Positions 22,788 through 33,989 are shown, counted from the first letter of the stretch. The stretch is 64,000 bases of DNA from an uncultured delta proteobacterium (GCA_963695895.1 CAVOIK010000014.1:6412-70411); one strand, 5' to 3'. The notes: generated from the letters alone by a model not told the origin. Made by a program: numbers and translations.

Positions 22788-22906
22788 GTTGCCCCTGTTG
22801 TCCGCTGCTCTATGGTTCGCACGGGTTCAAATGGAACAAGAAATGATAGAGGCAGCGGAGCCAAACATCTTGGTGTGGCGAAGTCACCCAATGAGGGGGT
22901 AACGTG
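22788..22906 (+). promoter_or_regulatory. Structured 5' leader of the atp operon sequestering the first RBS
   Basis: gttgcccct pairs with agggggtaac next to GTG 22904; internal stem tccgctgc-tctat/atagag-gcagcgga; TTGACA at 22748. Confidence 0.5.
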
Positions 22907-23155
22907 AAAGAGTGGGTTGGACCTGCCCGTCTCCTCGTTACCGTAGGCTGGTATGTGGCGTTGAGCCTGATCGTTCCGGTGGGGATCGGTTATTGGCTTG
23001 ATCAGCCGAACATGCTCGGGAAGCATCCTTTGTTTACATTTATCGGCCTCGGGCTCGGGACGCTGATTGCCTTTGTCGGTTTGATTCAGATGTTGCTCCG
23101 TTATCAGGCTGAACAGGAAAGGCAAAGACAGAATCAAAAACAGACTAAGGAGTGA
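22904..23155 (+). CDS. atpI: ATP synthase protein AtpZ/AtpI family
   Basis: Two TM helices with GYWLD motif; first gene of the atp operon. Confidence 0.75.
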   Translation: MKEWVGPARLLVTVGWYVALSLIVPVGIGYWLDQPNMLGKHPLFTFIGLGLGTLIAFVGLIQMLLRYQAEQERQRQNQKQTKE

Positions 23156-23170
23156 CGCAGTTACAGCATT

Positions 23171-24123
23171 ATGGCTCGGGTCGTTCTTCCACGAATATTC
23201 ATTTTCTTGTTCATTCTTGTTCTACTCCTCTTCGGCATCGGGTTAGTCTTCGGTCCTTTAGGGTCCAGTTTTTTTGGTAATGAACCTCCAGACCTCCTCA
23301 AGGTGTCGAAGCCCCATGTTATTCTTCCGGCTGAGACCGTGTTTCATGTCGGTCACTTTCCCGTTACAAATACGCTCATCGCTTCTTGGCTCACCATGGC
23401 TGTGCTCGTGGGGGCCTCCTATCTCGCCACCCGTAAAATGAAATTGATCCCTGGCCGAGCCCAGGCCATGGCAGAGGCGGTGGTGGAAGGATTGCTGAAT
23501 TTTGTTGAGAGTGTGGCCGGAAAACGCCACGCTCGAATGCTTCTTCCTGGAGTTGCGACCATCTTCATTTATGTCATCACGAATGCCTACATGGGGCTTC
23601 TGCCCTTTTTTGGCACCATCGGATTCATCGAACACGAAGGCAGGATTGCGTTTCCTCTTCAGGGCAGCCAATACCGACATCAATCTGCCTCTCTCCATCG
23701 CCATCATGTTCCTTTATCCTTGTCGAATCGTGGGGAATGAGGGTCGTCGGAGTCTGTCCATTACACGAGTGAATTCATCAACGTCCGCCAGCTGGGACAG
23801 GGGTTGAAACAGCTCTTCACGGGAAAGATCGCGAAGGCCCCCATGAACATTCGTTTTCGGGTTTATCAGTTTGTTCGTGGGCGTCCTGGAGATCTTCAGC
23901 CACCTGACCCGCATGCTCAGCTTCACGTTTCGTCTCTTCGGCAATATGACGGCCGGTGAGATCTTGATTGCTGGTCTCCTGTTTTCTTATTCCCATGATC
24001 TTCACCATTCCTTTTTACGGGCTTGGAGTTGCTGATCGGCCTGATTCAGGCCCTGATCTTCAGCGGTTTGACCCTGGTCTTTGGAACGGTTGCAGTATCT
24101 CGCCACACGAAGAGTCAGAATAA
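23171..24123 (+). CDS. atpB: F0 subunit a; frameshifts
   Basis: PVTNTL, ANTDINLPL, SFTFRLFGNMTAGE, LIQALIF recovered across frames. Confidence 0.9.
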
Positions 24124-24155
24124 AGTAGAATAAAATGGAGAAAAGGAGGAAGTAA

Positions 24156-24388
24156 ATGACACCAGAAGTAATGAAGATGTTGTCATCGGGTTAACCGCAG
24201 GTCTCGGATTCTGCGGTCCGGCACTGGCCTTGGGGCTGATCGGTTTTTCAGCCATGCAATCCCTGGGACGCAATCCTGAAGCAAGAGGGGCCATCCTGAC
24301 CAACATGATTCTGATCGGCGCCCTCGCCGAGGCCATCGGAATTTACGTTCTGATCGTGTGTATCATTCTTGCCATGGTCGTGAAATAA
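24156..24388 (+). CDS. atpE: F0 subunit c; frameshift near 24180, absent from the ORF track
   Basis: ...GLGFCGPALALGLIGFSAMQSLGRNPEARGAILTNMILIGALAEAIGIYVL; RNP loop and carrier Glu; AGGAGG RBS. Confidence 0.93.
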
Positions 24389-24398
24389 GGAGGTGATA

Positions 24399-24511
24399 AT
24401 GATGGAGACGAAGGAGGGTTTCCCATCAGTTTAGCACTGATCTTGATCACAATCATACTGATGGTCTTTGGTTTCGCAGGATTGGTCACGTTCCTGGTTC
24501 TGCGAGTGTGA
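24399..24511 (+). CDS. Putative ~37-aa single-pass membrane microprotein (needs one extra T in the run near 24420)
   Basis: AGGAGGTG RBS, then MMETKEGF(P)ISLALILITIILMVFGFAGLVTFLVLRV*. Confidence 0.5.
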
Positions 24512-24550
24512 TTCCGCCAAATCACGCAGGCTAGAGCTGAAGAGGGTACG

Positions 24551-25059
24551 ATGGGAGGGTTTGCCAGTCTGGGCATCAATTTGCCCTTGTTGGTGGCTTT
24601 CCTGATCAACTTTATCGTCCTCTTCGTTCTGCTGAGGATCTTTCTGTACAAGCCGGTCCTCAAGATGCTCGATGAGAGGGCGAAGAAGACCAAGGAAGGC
24701 ATGGAGTTGGCCGAGGCCACCAAGAAGGAATACGAACAGGCCAAGGCGGAGGTACAGAGACAGATTGAGAAAGGGCGCCAGGAAGCCCAGGCCATCATCG
24801 CCCAGGCAGTCCAAGCGGGAGAAAGACTAAAAGAGGAATCACGAGAAGAGGCGGCCAAGCAGGCCCAGACGATCATCGACCGAACGAGAGCCGAGTTGGC
24901 GACGGAGCGGGACAAGATCGTCGGGAGGTTGCGGAAGGAATTTGTCGATATTTCGATCCTGCCGCTGAGAAGGTGATCAAGGAGACGCTCGATAAGGAGA
25001 AGCACAAGAAGCTGATCGAGGAGACGCTTCAGCAAAGCGCCGCCCTCAAGAAGAGTTAA
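24551..25059 (+). CDS. atpF: F0 subunit b; frameshift near 24960
   Basis: TM helix, YKPVLKMLDER, coiled coil, AEKVIKETLD. Confidence 0.92.
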
Positions 25060-25067
25060 CCGGGAAA

Positions 25068-25612
25068 ATGCCATAGAATCAGTTCGGGTAAACGCTATGC
25101 CCAGGCTGCCTTTGAGCTGGCCCTCGAGAGAAAGGAACTTGAGAGCTGGCAGGAAGGGCTGGAGAAGAATTGCCGAGATCACGATGGATGAAGAGCTCAT
25201 GGCTTTGCTGGAAAACCCCCGGCTTCCCTTTTCGAGCAAAGAAGACACTCTTGCAGAAACGATTGGGAGAGATCCATCCCCTGGTTCTCAACCTGGCGTC
25301 TTCTCCTCGTCAGCAAAGGAATGCTTGGGCGGCGCCGTGATATCCTCCAGAAGTTCAATGCCCTGGTGGATGCCCATCAAGGGATTGAGCGGGCGGAAGT
25401 GACAACGGCGCTCCCTCTGGGGGAGGAAGAGGAAAAGGCGATCTCTCGCCGTCTCGGAGAAATCGTTCATCGGAATGTGGTGATGGAGGGTCAGGTGGAT
25501 CCCTCGATCATCGGAGGATTCATCGCCCGGATCGGGGATACGCTAATCGACGGCAGCGTCCGTCAGAACTGGAGACGTTTGAAGAAGAGCACTGATTGAA
25601 GGGGGCCGGTAA
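25068..25612 (+). CDS. atpH: F1 subunit delta; several frameshifts
   Basis: KRYAQAAFE, LLENPRL, AEVTTA, VDPSIIGGFIARIGDTLIDGSV. Confidence 0.88.
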
Positions 25613-25619
25613 CGAGCCT

Positions 25620-25749
25620 TTGACCGGAGGTGCCCCGTAAGCCCGACTTGAGGGCGGGGTCCCTGCCTGCGGCAGGCAGGAAGGGACACAGTCATCAAAA
25701 GGAAATTACCTTCCCGGGAAGCACCGCCCTTTAGGGCGGAGAGCTTCAC
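25620..25749 (+). mobile_element. Miniature non-autonomous IS200/IS605-end-like element (family 1) between atpH and atpA
   Basis: Starts ttgaccgg..gtgccccg; ends gaagcaccgccctttagggcggagagcttcac; homologous to 45765 and 39812. Confidence 0.6.
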
Positions 25750-25769
25750 ATTTGAAGAGAGGGTTTAAG

Positions 25770-27285
25770 ATGGCAACCCGCGAACAGGATATTGTTTCTG
25801 TCATTAAAGATCAGATCGAGCATTTCGGCGCCGCCGTGACGTGTCACGAATGTCGGGACGGTGATCGAAGTCGGCGACGGGATCGCCCGCATCCACGGAC
25901 TGGGACAGGTGGCTTACAACGAACTGCTCCAATTTCCCCATGACATTATGGGCCTGGCCCTCAACCTGGAAGAGGACAATGTTGGAGCGGTCATCCTCGG
26001 CGACGGCACCGAGATCAAGGAAGGAGATGAGGTCAAGGCGACAGGAAGGGTCATCGAAGTCCCTGTGGGAGACGCCCTGATCGGCAGGGTGGTTGACCCT
26101 CTGGGCCGTCCCCTGGACGGGAAAGGGCCCATTAAGGCAGAGAAGACACGTCCGGTTGAAAGGGTGGCACCCGACGTGACGAAAAGAAGCACCCGTCGAC
26201 ACGCCGTGTCATGACGGGCATCAAGGCCATCGACAGCATGATCCCCATCGGCCGGGGCCAGCGTGAGCTGATCATCGGAGACCGATTTACCGGGAAGTCG
26301 GCCATTGTCATCGATACGATCATCGCCCAGAAGGGCCAGAATCTGATCTGTATCTACGTCGCCATCGGACAGAAGACCTCCAAAGTGGCCCAGGTCACCG
26401 CGACCCTCGAGAAATACGGCGCCATGGAGTATACGATTGTCGTGGAGGCCGATTCTTCCGACCCTGCTTCGCTCCAATACATTGCTCCTTATGCCGGCTG
26501 CGCCATGGGTGAGGAGTTCATGGATCAGGGGAAAGATGCCCTGATTATCTATGATGATCTCTATAAACATGCCTGGGCTTATCGCCAGCTTTCCCTGCTG
26601 CTGCGCCGTCCGCCGGGCCGGGAGGCCTACCCCGGAGACGTTTTCTATCTGCACAGCCGGCTGCTGGAGAGGGCCGCCAAGCTCGATAAGAAATACGGAG
26701 GCGGCTCCCTGACGGCATTGCCTATTATCGAAACGCAGCTCGGAGATATTTCTGCTTACATCCCCACCAATGTCATCTCCATTACCGATGGCCAGATTTA
26801 TCTTGAGCCGGATCTGTTCAATGCCGGGATTCGTCCGGCCATCAATGTGGGACTATCGGTCTCCCGGGTCGGTGGTTCGGCTCAACGGAAAGCCATGAGA
26901 CAGGTCGCTGGAAAGCTGAGACTGGAGCTGGCCCAGTTCCGTGAACTCGAGGCCTTTGCGAAGTTCGGGAGTGAGGAACTGGATAAGGCGACCAAGGATC
27001 AACTGGAGCGTGGCCGGCGTATCACGGAGGTATTGAAACAGCCCCAGTACATTCCCATGTCGCTGGGGAAAGAGGTCAGCATCCTCTATGCGGTCACCAA
27101 TGGCTTCATGGATGATGTCCCCGTGGAAAAAGTCATCTCCTGGGAAGAGAATTTTCACCGATTCATGGAGACCGCGTCATCGGGAGATCATCGATAAAAT
27201 CAATTCGGACTATGAAATAAAACCGGAAACGGAAGATCAGTTGAAGAAAGCGATCACAGAGTTCAAACAAGGAAGCACGAATTAG
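25770..27285 (+). CDS. atpA: F1 subunit alpha; frameshifts
   Basis: [38 protein letters not shown]. Confidence 0.96.
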
Positions 27286-28150
27286 ATGGCCAGCATTCAG
27301 GCGTTACGTCGTCGCATCAAGAGCATCCAGGGGACGACCAAGATCTACCCGTGCCATGGAGATGGTCGCGACGGCGAAGATGAGAAGAACCCAGCAACAG
27401 GCGCTTGCCGGACGGCCCGTACACTGAAAAAATACGTGAGGTGATTGCCGATCTGGCCATTGAACCCCGGATCAAAGGGAGGATCGCGCCCTTATTCCAG
27501 AAACGTGAAGTGAAAAAGATCTGCGATTGTCCATATGGGAACCGACCGAGGACTCTGCGGGGGATTGAACACGAACCTGAATCGGCTTGTGGGTAAATTC
27601 ATCCTGCAGCAAAAGGTTCCCGTCACCGTTATCACCGTGGGCCGTAAGGCGAGAACCTTTGCCCGGATTGCCAGGCTGAATGTCCGTGCTGAATTCAGCG
27701 GCACTCGGCGACCGCGCAACCCTCCAGGACACCTTGCCCATCGCAAGGGTCGTCATGGAGGATTACAGCAACGGCGAGGTCGATCTGGTCTATCTTGCCT
27801 ATCCCCGTTTTGTCTCGACCATGTTGCAGAAACCGACGATGGATGTTCTTCTTCCCATTGAGCCCGCCAGACTTCCTCAAGGACAGGTGGGTGAATATAT
27901 TTTTGAACCGGATCCTTTTGCCGTCCTCAATGAGTTGTTGCCCCGATTTGTGGAGATGGAAGTGTATCATGCGATCCTGGAACTGATTGCCAGCGAACAA
28001 TCGGCGCGGATGGTCGCGATGCGCAATGCGAGCGACAATGCGGAAGACCTGATCAAAGATTTAACCTTGTCTTTGAATAAAGTCAGACAGGAGATGATCA
28101 CCAAGGAGATCTGTGATATCAGCGGAGGGGCTGAAGCTTTAACGACGTAG
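27286..28150 (+). CDS. atpG: F1 subunit gamma; frameshifts
   Basis: AMEMVA, TDRGLCGGLN, SEQSARMVAM, RQEMITKE. Confidence 0.93.
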
Positions 28151-28171
28151 CAGGGGTAAGGAGCGAAGGAG

Positions 28172-29564
<1,393 letters not shown>

Positions 29565-29573
29565 GAAACAACC

Positions 29574-29734
29574 TGGAGTGATGGAGTAATGGAGATAATG
29601 GAATGATGGAGAAATCCAATGGGAAGAAAAGAAATATTCTTTCAGAAACTTTTTGTTCAGGCTTTTTTGCCATACTCTATCCAACACTCCAGTACTCCAG
29701 CATTCCAGTACTCCAATACTCCAACACTCCAATA
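29574..29734. repeat. Inverted arrays of ~8-nt units (TGGAGTAA... / ...ACTCCAGT) between atpD and atpC
   Basis: tggagtgatggagtaatggagataatggaatgatggag followed by ccaacactccagtactccagcattccagtactccaatactccaacactcca. Confidence 0.75.
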
Positions 29735-29749
29735 ATTTGGTTTTGAACT

Positions 29750-30175
29750 ATGGCTACATTCCGATTGGAAATCGTCACTGCGGAGAGAATGGTCTATTCT
29801 GACGACGTCACTGCGCTCATTGCCTGGGGTGTGCAGGGACAGTTGGGCATTCTTCCCCATCATGCTCCCTTGATGACGATGCTTCAACCCGGGGATCTCC
29901 TGATACGAAAAGATAAGGAAGAAGAAGTCCTCGCGGTCAGCGGCGGCTTCCTCGAAGTGCGTCCTGACAAAGTGATTGTCCTGGCCGATGCCTGTGAACG
30001 GGCTGATGAAATTGATATCGCGCGTGCCGAGGAGGCAAAGAAGCGTGCCCAGGAAACGATGAAGGCAGGGCCTCTGACTGCAGATGCCGCAGCCGCTGAG
30101 GCGGCGTTGCGCCGCTCCCTTGCTCGACTGAAAGCCGCTCAGCGAAAACGGCGCAAACCGCTGGGACCCACGTAA
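29750..30175 (+). CDS. atpC: F1 subunit epsilon
   Basis: EIVTAER, GQLGILPHHAPL, SGGFLEV. Confidence 0.95.
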   Translation: MATFRLEIVTAERMVYSDDVTALIAWGVQGQLGILPHHAPLMTMLQPGDLLIRKDKEEEVLAVSGGFLEVRPDKVIVLADACERADEIDIARAEEAKKRAQETMKAGPLTADAAAAEAALRRSLARLKAAQRKRRKPLGPT

Positions 30176-30272
30176 CTCCAATACACTCCTCTAGAACGTT
30201 TAGCACCTCCAATATTAGGATCGATATTCACCGTTCCACAGAGCATCCAGAAACTCCCTGTATGGCAGTGCT

Positions 30273-30372
30273 GTCGCGGGCAAGTCGGCTGGATGCCCCA
30301 CGGGCAAGAAGCCGACCCTATAATCATATCTTCATTTCCCGGAAGCGCCGCCCTGCGGGCGGGAAGCTTCAT
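30273..30372 (+). mobile_element. Miniature IS200/IS605-end-like element (family 2)
   Basis: cgggcaagtcggctggatgcccc ... atttcccggaagcgccgccctgcgggcgggaagcttcat; matches 52293. Confidence 0.6.
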
Positions 30373-30656
30373 TCCTTCGAATTTTCTGATCCTCGGCTCA
30401 AGAGTGACATACAGATACCGTTTCAACCTCTTTTCCTCAGAGATCGGGAAGATTGAAAACCCGCTTGATAGAACTCTTGTTCCGTGTTACTTGCCTTTGT
30501 CACCGTCATCGTCAAATATCATGACATTTGACGACGGTTTCGTCAGTATCTCAATCAGTCTTGAGGCCTTGGAAGGACAAAACGAGTGTCGCGAACAGAT
30601 TTGTCATAATTCTATCTTTTTGGTATATTAGGACAACTCTCCTTAGGCTGGAAACA

Positions 30657-30842
30657 ATGCCAAAAATGAAGCCTAATTCGGATATTAGGCGCTTTGCAAG
30701 ATATCGAGCAGTTCTCACCGCGCTGCTAGAGGTAGATTCCTTCCGCAAGCCAGAAATCTATGAGATGCTGAGAGATGAAAAACCTTGGGAGTGTTTGATA
30801 TTTGGAAATCCAATGCAAATGAACAACAAGGGTTTATTGTAA
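30657..30842 (+). pseudogene. Short, probably truncated hypothetical ORF at the island edge
   Basis: Promoter-like TTGTCA-N17-TATATT at 30601-30629; ORF runs into lower-GC sequence and stops. Confidence 0.35.
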
Positions 30843-30908
30843 ATGGATCATGCGTGGTCCTATTCTCAATGGCTTCGATTGCAGATCCCCTTGGAATCTA
30901 GAGAGTCA

Positions 30909-31841
30909 ATGGGGATTATTAACGAGTATGAAGGGATAAAAGTAGTTCTTACCCACCCAGGCCATTGTGCCGGCCTTATCTATGGGAATTCATTGTTCTT
31001 GGGCCCATTACTCATAGGCTTGGAGGAGAATCCATGGATGCTGCTCTCTGTCTCTCGGAAAGAGGAAAATATTAAATTGCATATCAACGCTGAACTTGCT
31101 ATCGAAATCGATAATGGTAGAGTTCTTTTTAAATTAGACACTTTCAAAGTAGAAAGAGGTAGTAGCCCCAAAGAAGCAATTGAAAGTCAGGATCTGTCAA
31201 AATGGGTGGAGAAAAGGAAGGGTATGTTTAAAAGGAAAGCCCAACCCTCAAAGGATCGGGTGTCTTTGACTCTTGAAGAACAACAGAACCAACTTGTGGG
31301 GAGACTGAGAGCGTTAGAAGAGTTGGTGCAGGAATTTGATAAAGGGAAGAGATGTTTTTTTGGAGACATTGTGGCAACTCTGCGATCGTTACTTTTTTAC
31401 AGAAGCAAAGGGAGGAATTTCGACCCTTTGCTTTTAAGAATTGCTGCATTCAAAGAAGCTACCTTACCAGTTTATATTCCACCAAAAAACGAAGACCTTA
31501 TCGGCCAAACAATTACCAACGCAAAAGAACTTCCTGAATTCTTTGGACTTGCCTGCGCTACAATCCAACCGGAAATTCCTTGTATTCTGCTGACCGATTT
31601 TCAGGAATACCTGGAAAGTCCTTCTCTATTCTACAAAGGAGAACCTATTTCGCCGCTTTCCTTGATTGGTAGGGTGGCAGATACCCAGAGTACAGCGCAC
31701 TTTGATCAAAGTGTACCTGAAGACGTAGAAGGTATTAAAAGTACACCGATTACTTTTGGGAAGAACCATCTTGAGTATTACATTATGAAGTTAGCCGAAC
31801 TAACCCTTTCGCTGGGCAAAAAACTTGTGGAATCGTCCTAA
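30909..31841 (+). CDS. Lower-GC hypothetical protein
   Basis: Uninterrupted ~310-aa ORF with AT-rich codons; C-terminal RVADTQSTAHFD. Confidence 0.7.
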   Translation: MGIINEYEGIKVVLTHPGHCAGLIYGNSLFLGPLLIGLEENPWMLLSVSRKEENIKLHINAELAIEIDNGRVLFKLDTFKVERGSSPKEAIESQDLSKWVEKRKGMFKRKAQPSKDRVSLTLEEQQNQLVGRLRALEELVQEFDKGKRCFFGDIVATLRSLLFYRSKGRNFDPLLLRIAAFKEATLPVYIPPKNEDLIGQTITNAKELPEFFGLACATIQPEIPCILLTDFQEYLESPSLFYKGEPISPLSLIGRVADTQSTAHFDQSVPEDVEGIKSTPITFGKNHLEYYIMKLAELTLSLGKKLVESS

Positions 31842-32177
31842 TAGGGTAATCAGTACAGAGCTTGAGGGCAGGGTTGCGCATATGTATTTAACCACTAACC
31901 GCCCCTAAATTTTTAAGGAAGTCACCTCCCTGCCCCGGAGTCTTTGTGCAGGTTGAGGTTTATTGCAGAGGATTTGGGAGAAGAAAAAGAACTCAACGAC
32001 GATGCGATAGCCACGAAAATCTGAACAGAAGGCCAAAATCGCAGGCACTGTCTGCCGAATCTGCCTGCGGCCAAAAACCCAGACACTGTCTGGGCAATTT
32101 TATGATCGTCTAGAAAACGCGGCCATGAACAAAACCGCGACACGTGTCCCGGTATTACTGGAGAAAGGGACAAGAAT

Positions 32178-32489
32178 ATGAAGACTTTCAAGGAAAGGGG
32201 CCCAAAATACGCCGCCGGGATCGACAAAGCACTTCGGCGTGCCGCTCAACGGGCGGAGCTGACAGCGGCGGCAACTGGAACTCGGCTGGTGATTTATGAG
32301 AAAGGGCGGATCAGGCGTCTACCGCCTCCGTTAAAGCTGAAGACCCTAAGAATGAAAATGATGCGAGGCATGCGAACAGAACTGGCCATGCCTTCCAAAG
32401 AATATTCGCACCTGAACTTAGAAGAATTGCAGGCCGGGGGAAAGTATACCGCGGTCGCCGAGAAGGGTACAAAGTACGGCTCCAAGTGA
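32178..32489 (+). CDS. Small hypothetical protein (antitoxin-like)
   Basis: Purine-rich RBS; ALRRAAQRA...TGTRLVIYEKGRI resembles small partners of zeta/AAA toxins. Confidence 0.5.
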   Translation: MKTFKERGPKYAAGIDKALRRAAQRAELTAAATGTRLVIYEKGRIRRLPPPLKLKTLRMKMMRGMRTELAMPSKEYSHLNLEELQAGGKYTAVAEKGTKYGSK

Positions 32490-32562
32490 TGTTCTAGGGT
32501 CAGGGTTGCAGATATGCGTCTAGCCCCTGACCGCCCCTGAAATTTAATAGAGGGGCAGATCT

Positions 32563-32734
32563 CACATATTTTGGATTGGTCTTTCCTGCTCCGAGACGAA
32601 AGCCTTGAGGAATCCGACAACCTCCCTGACCCCGGAGTCCTTGCACAGGAGATTGTAGATGATCTCGAAGCGGCCCTGGAGCAGTTCCGTCTGATCGCAG
32701 AAGACCTGGGGGAAGAGAAGGTAACAAACGAATG
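32563..32734 (+). pseudogene. 3' remnant of a type I restriction-modification methyltransferase subunit (hsdM); a more degenerate copy lies at 31922..32000
   Basis: Translates LRDESLEESDNLPDPGVLAQEIVDDLEAALEQFRLIAEDLGEEK, typical of an HsdM C-terminus; no upstream coding region. Confidence 0.75.
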
Positions 32735-32767
32735 AATTGAGCCAGCAGATAGCCCATAGAATTCCTC

Positions 32768-32796
32768 TTGACAAAGGTATCAATTGATACCATAAT
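32768..32796 (+). promoter_or_regulatory. Sigma70 promoter with 16-bp palindromic operator
   Basis: TTGACA-N17-CATAAT; GGTATCAATTGATACC perfect palindrome at 32776-32791. Confidence 0.75.
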
Positions 32797-32800
32797 AGAA

Positions 32801-33154
32801 ATGATACGTCCATCCTACAAAGAGATAAATCAGAAGATAAAACAGGCGGAAAAAGCGATCTCAGAGCATCGGATATCGCTTATTAACCCGATTAGCATTG
32901 CCACAGATGCACTGGAATTGGGTTTCTGCGTCGAAGGCATTGACAGTATCCTCATTAAGCTCTTGGAAGAGATAACACCCAGAGATTATCTGGGACAATC
33001 CCCTCCTCAGAGATCTTATGAGGATAAAATTACTGGATGTGAGCTTTATCCCTTTCGATGGATGAGCAGGCACCTGGGTTGTAGAGTCTATTTGAAGTTT
33101 ACTTTAAAAGAGAGTCACTTTTGGCTCGTGTCTTTACATGAGGACCGGACATAG
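32801..33154 (+). CDS. MqsR-like (RelE-fold) toxin
   Basis: 117 aa, C-terminal VYLKF...LVSLHEDR, upstream of an MqsA-like gene. Confidence 0.65.
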   Translation: MIRPSYKEINQKIKQAEKAISEHRISLINPISIATDALELGFCVEGIDSILIKLLEEITPRDYLGQSPPQRSYEDKITGCELYPFRWMSRHLGCRVYLKFTLKESHFWLVSLHEDRT

Positions 33155-33170
33155 AAAGTGGGTGATAACG

Positions 33171-33989
33171 ATGAAAGAAACGAGAATGAACTGCCCCAGT
33201 GGGCATGGAAAAATGGTGATCAAGAGATCTGAAAAAAAGATCAGATTTCGGGGCGTTGATTTGAAGATTCCTGTGGAACAATATTTGTGTCCTGTTTGCG
33301 GTGTGGAAGCAGGTACGATTGATCAGACAGCTAGCACGCAGAAGAGTATTTCAGATGCTTATCGCAGAGCTGTAAGTTTGTTGACTGGGAAGGAAATTGT
33401 TGAGGCGCGAAAAAAGTTGAATTTAAATCAGCAGGCTCTCGCCAGGCAAATGAATGTTGGAATTGCCAGCATCAAAAGATGGGAGGGGAGTCAGATTCAA
33501 AGCAAATCCATGGACCACGCACTCCGTTTGGCGCTGGCAGGCCAAACCTCAGGAGATATTTGCATGGGTAACAGGACATTTTCGATTCCGAGGATAAAGC
33601 TAGTGCTGAAGGAGTTTGAGTCAGTACTTGGGAAAAACATTCTCAAGAAAAATGACAAGATGCTCTTTGCCGCGAAGTATCTTTGGTATGCAGACATGGT
33701 TGCCCACAGGGAATTAGGAGAAAGTATGACTGGGTCCACTTACGCTGCCCTTCCTTTTGGGCCTCAACTAAATAACTACAGGGATTTGATCGCCGACATC
33801 ATGAAGGCGGACGAATCGAACGCTAAGTCTCTTACTTCAGAGGAGAAAAGAATTATTACCCGAATTGCGATGAAATTTCCCAAAGAGCAAATGGTTTATG
33901 ATGCTGCTCACAGAGAAAGCGTCTGGAAGAGACAACCCAATGGAGCGATCATTCCGTATTCGGATTCGTCAGAGTTGACCCAAGTATAA
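33171..33989 (+). CDS. MqsA-like Zn-finger/HTH antitoxin with C-terminal DUF4065 (Panacea/SocA) domain
   Basis: CPSGH...CPVC, ARKKLNLNQQALA..IASIKRWE HTH, KYLWYAD...MTGSTYAALPFGP. Confidence 0.8.
   Translation: MKETRMNCPSGHGKMVIKRSEKKIRFRGVDLKIPVEQYLCPVCGVEAGTIDQTASTQKSISDAYRRAVSLLTGKEIVEARKKLNLNQQALARQMNVGIASIKRWEGSQIQSKSMDHALRLALAGQTSGDICMGNRTFSIPRIKLVLKEFESVLGKNILKKNDKMLFAAKYLWYADMVAHRELGESMTGSTYAALPFGPQLNNYRDLIADIMKADESNAKSLTSEEKRIITRIAMKFPKEQMVYDAAHRESVWKRQPNGAIIPYSDSSELTQV

Noticed and set aside
24156-24388. Na+-translocating ATP synthase
   Set aside because: The c subunit lacks the Gln and the Glu-Ser/Thr Na+-binding signature (reads GPALAL and AEAI).
29574-29734. CRISPR array
   Set aside because: 8-nt degenerate tandem units without spacers; no cas genes in the window.
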